The notes beneath the pieces are model-generated. The model saw only the letters and a program-made list of their open reading frames with translations. It was not told the origin of the DNA and did no database searches. Position numbers and translations under genes: made by a program. Shown here one piece after another: positions 63,335-64,000 of a stretch of DNA of 64,000 nucleotides. How positions within the stretch are numbered: position 1 is the first letter of the stretch; every line of letters begins with the position of its first letter. Origin of the DNA: Lytechinus pictus (Eukaryota). The stretch lies in contig NC_087251.1 of assembly GCF_037042905.1 (NCBI RefSeq), positions 46,006,001-46,070,000 of the forward strand. The letters run 5' to 3'.

Positions 63335-63494
63335 GGGGAGAGTTTCATCAACATTTTCGTTCGACAAATAGTCAGATCTGATATCTCTCCTTGATTCTGA
63401 TAGGCTAAGAAGCATTTTCACCATGGCAACTGTTGGATAAAATGGTACCTGTGGGATAAAACGTCTGACAAATCCTTTCATGAAATGCTTCCCA
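63335..63494. mobile_element. Short MITE
   Basis: ggggagagtttcatcaa ... ttcatgaaatgcttccc inverted termini. Confidence 0.6.
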
Positions 63495-63582
63495 GTTTCT
63501 TTGGTTATTTTTAGGTTTTACTGTCGATTGTCATAAATTATAATCTATTCCTTGGTTGGATAATTAAAAATGATTAAATAAT

Positions 63583-63768
63583 TTTTTTTCTTAAATGCAC
63601 TGTTAAAGTTAAACCTGGGAATGAATTTGCAATAATTAGTAAGAGACATTTATGCGTACTTCTTACCATAAATGGGATTTTTTTTTTCTTAAATGCACTG
63701 TTAAACCTGGGAATGAATTTGCAATAATTAGTGGCAAGAGACATTTATGCGTACTTCTCACCATAAAA
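63583..63768 (+). repeat. Local direct duplication, about 95 bp
   Basis: ttttcttaaatgcactgttaaa...agagacatttatgcgtacttct.accataaa occurs twice. Confidence 0.9.
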
Positions 63769-64000
63769 TCCAGGATTTTCCAAAAGGAACATTTGCCCAA
63801 TGAAACTGGCTAGATGTAGTATAAATCCAAATGTAAGCTGGTACGTCTGTATTCTTGTAACTCGGGCGACGTTTTTGTGATTTTTTATCTGTAAAGTACA
63901 TTCTACTGATTGTACAGAAATGAGATTAGATCTGTATGTTTCCCCTTATTAGCATTTGGGATGTAAAATTCAACACATTTCAAGGAAATTTCAAGGAAAA

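Noticed and set aside
58950..64000. Possible additional gene at the right end
   Set aside because: Only short AT-rich ORFs without recognisable domains or a consistent exon chain. It may be UTR, intron or intergenic sequence.

Overview
AT-rich, repeat-dense animal genomic DNA. Protein similarity and repeat types suggest an invertebrate deuterostome, plausibly a sea urchin (inference). Two spliced genes lie in tandem on the minus strand. (1) The 5' part of a Dicer (DICER1-like) gene has 9 phase-consistent coding exons from 19228 down to 659 (791 codons: helicase, DUF283 and start of platform) and continues off the left edge. (2) A complete TMEM62-like gene (metallophosphoesterase plus multi-pass TM region) has 15 coding exons from 52125 to 28221 (about 680 aa). 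Introns hold an intact DD34E Tc1-like transposon, a 4.6-kb non-autonomous hAT element with perfect TSDs inside a multi-level nest, a Helentron-like element with a 162-bp tandem array, a dead hAT transposase partly amplified into a 183-bp tandem array, many hairpin MITEs, SINE/LINE fragments, a degenerate hammerhead-ribozyme-like motif and very long (CCAT)n and (CAT)n microsatellites. The most notable observations are concerted degeneration of Dicer helicase ATPase motifs I, III and VI, and partial exon duplicates retaining splice donors in both genes. No CRISPR or prokaryotic system is present. All calls come from manual reading and recalled family motifs, not database searches.
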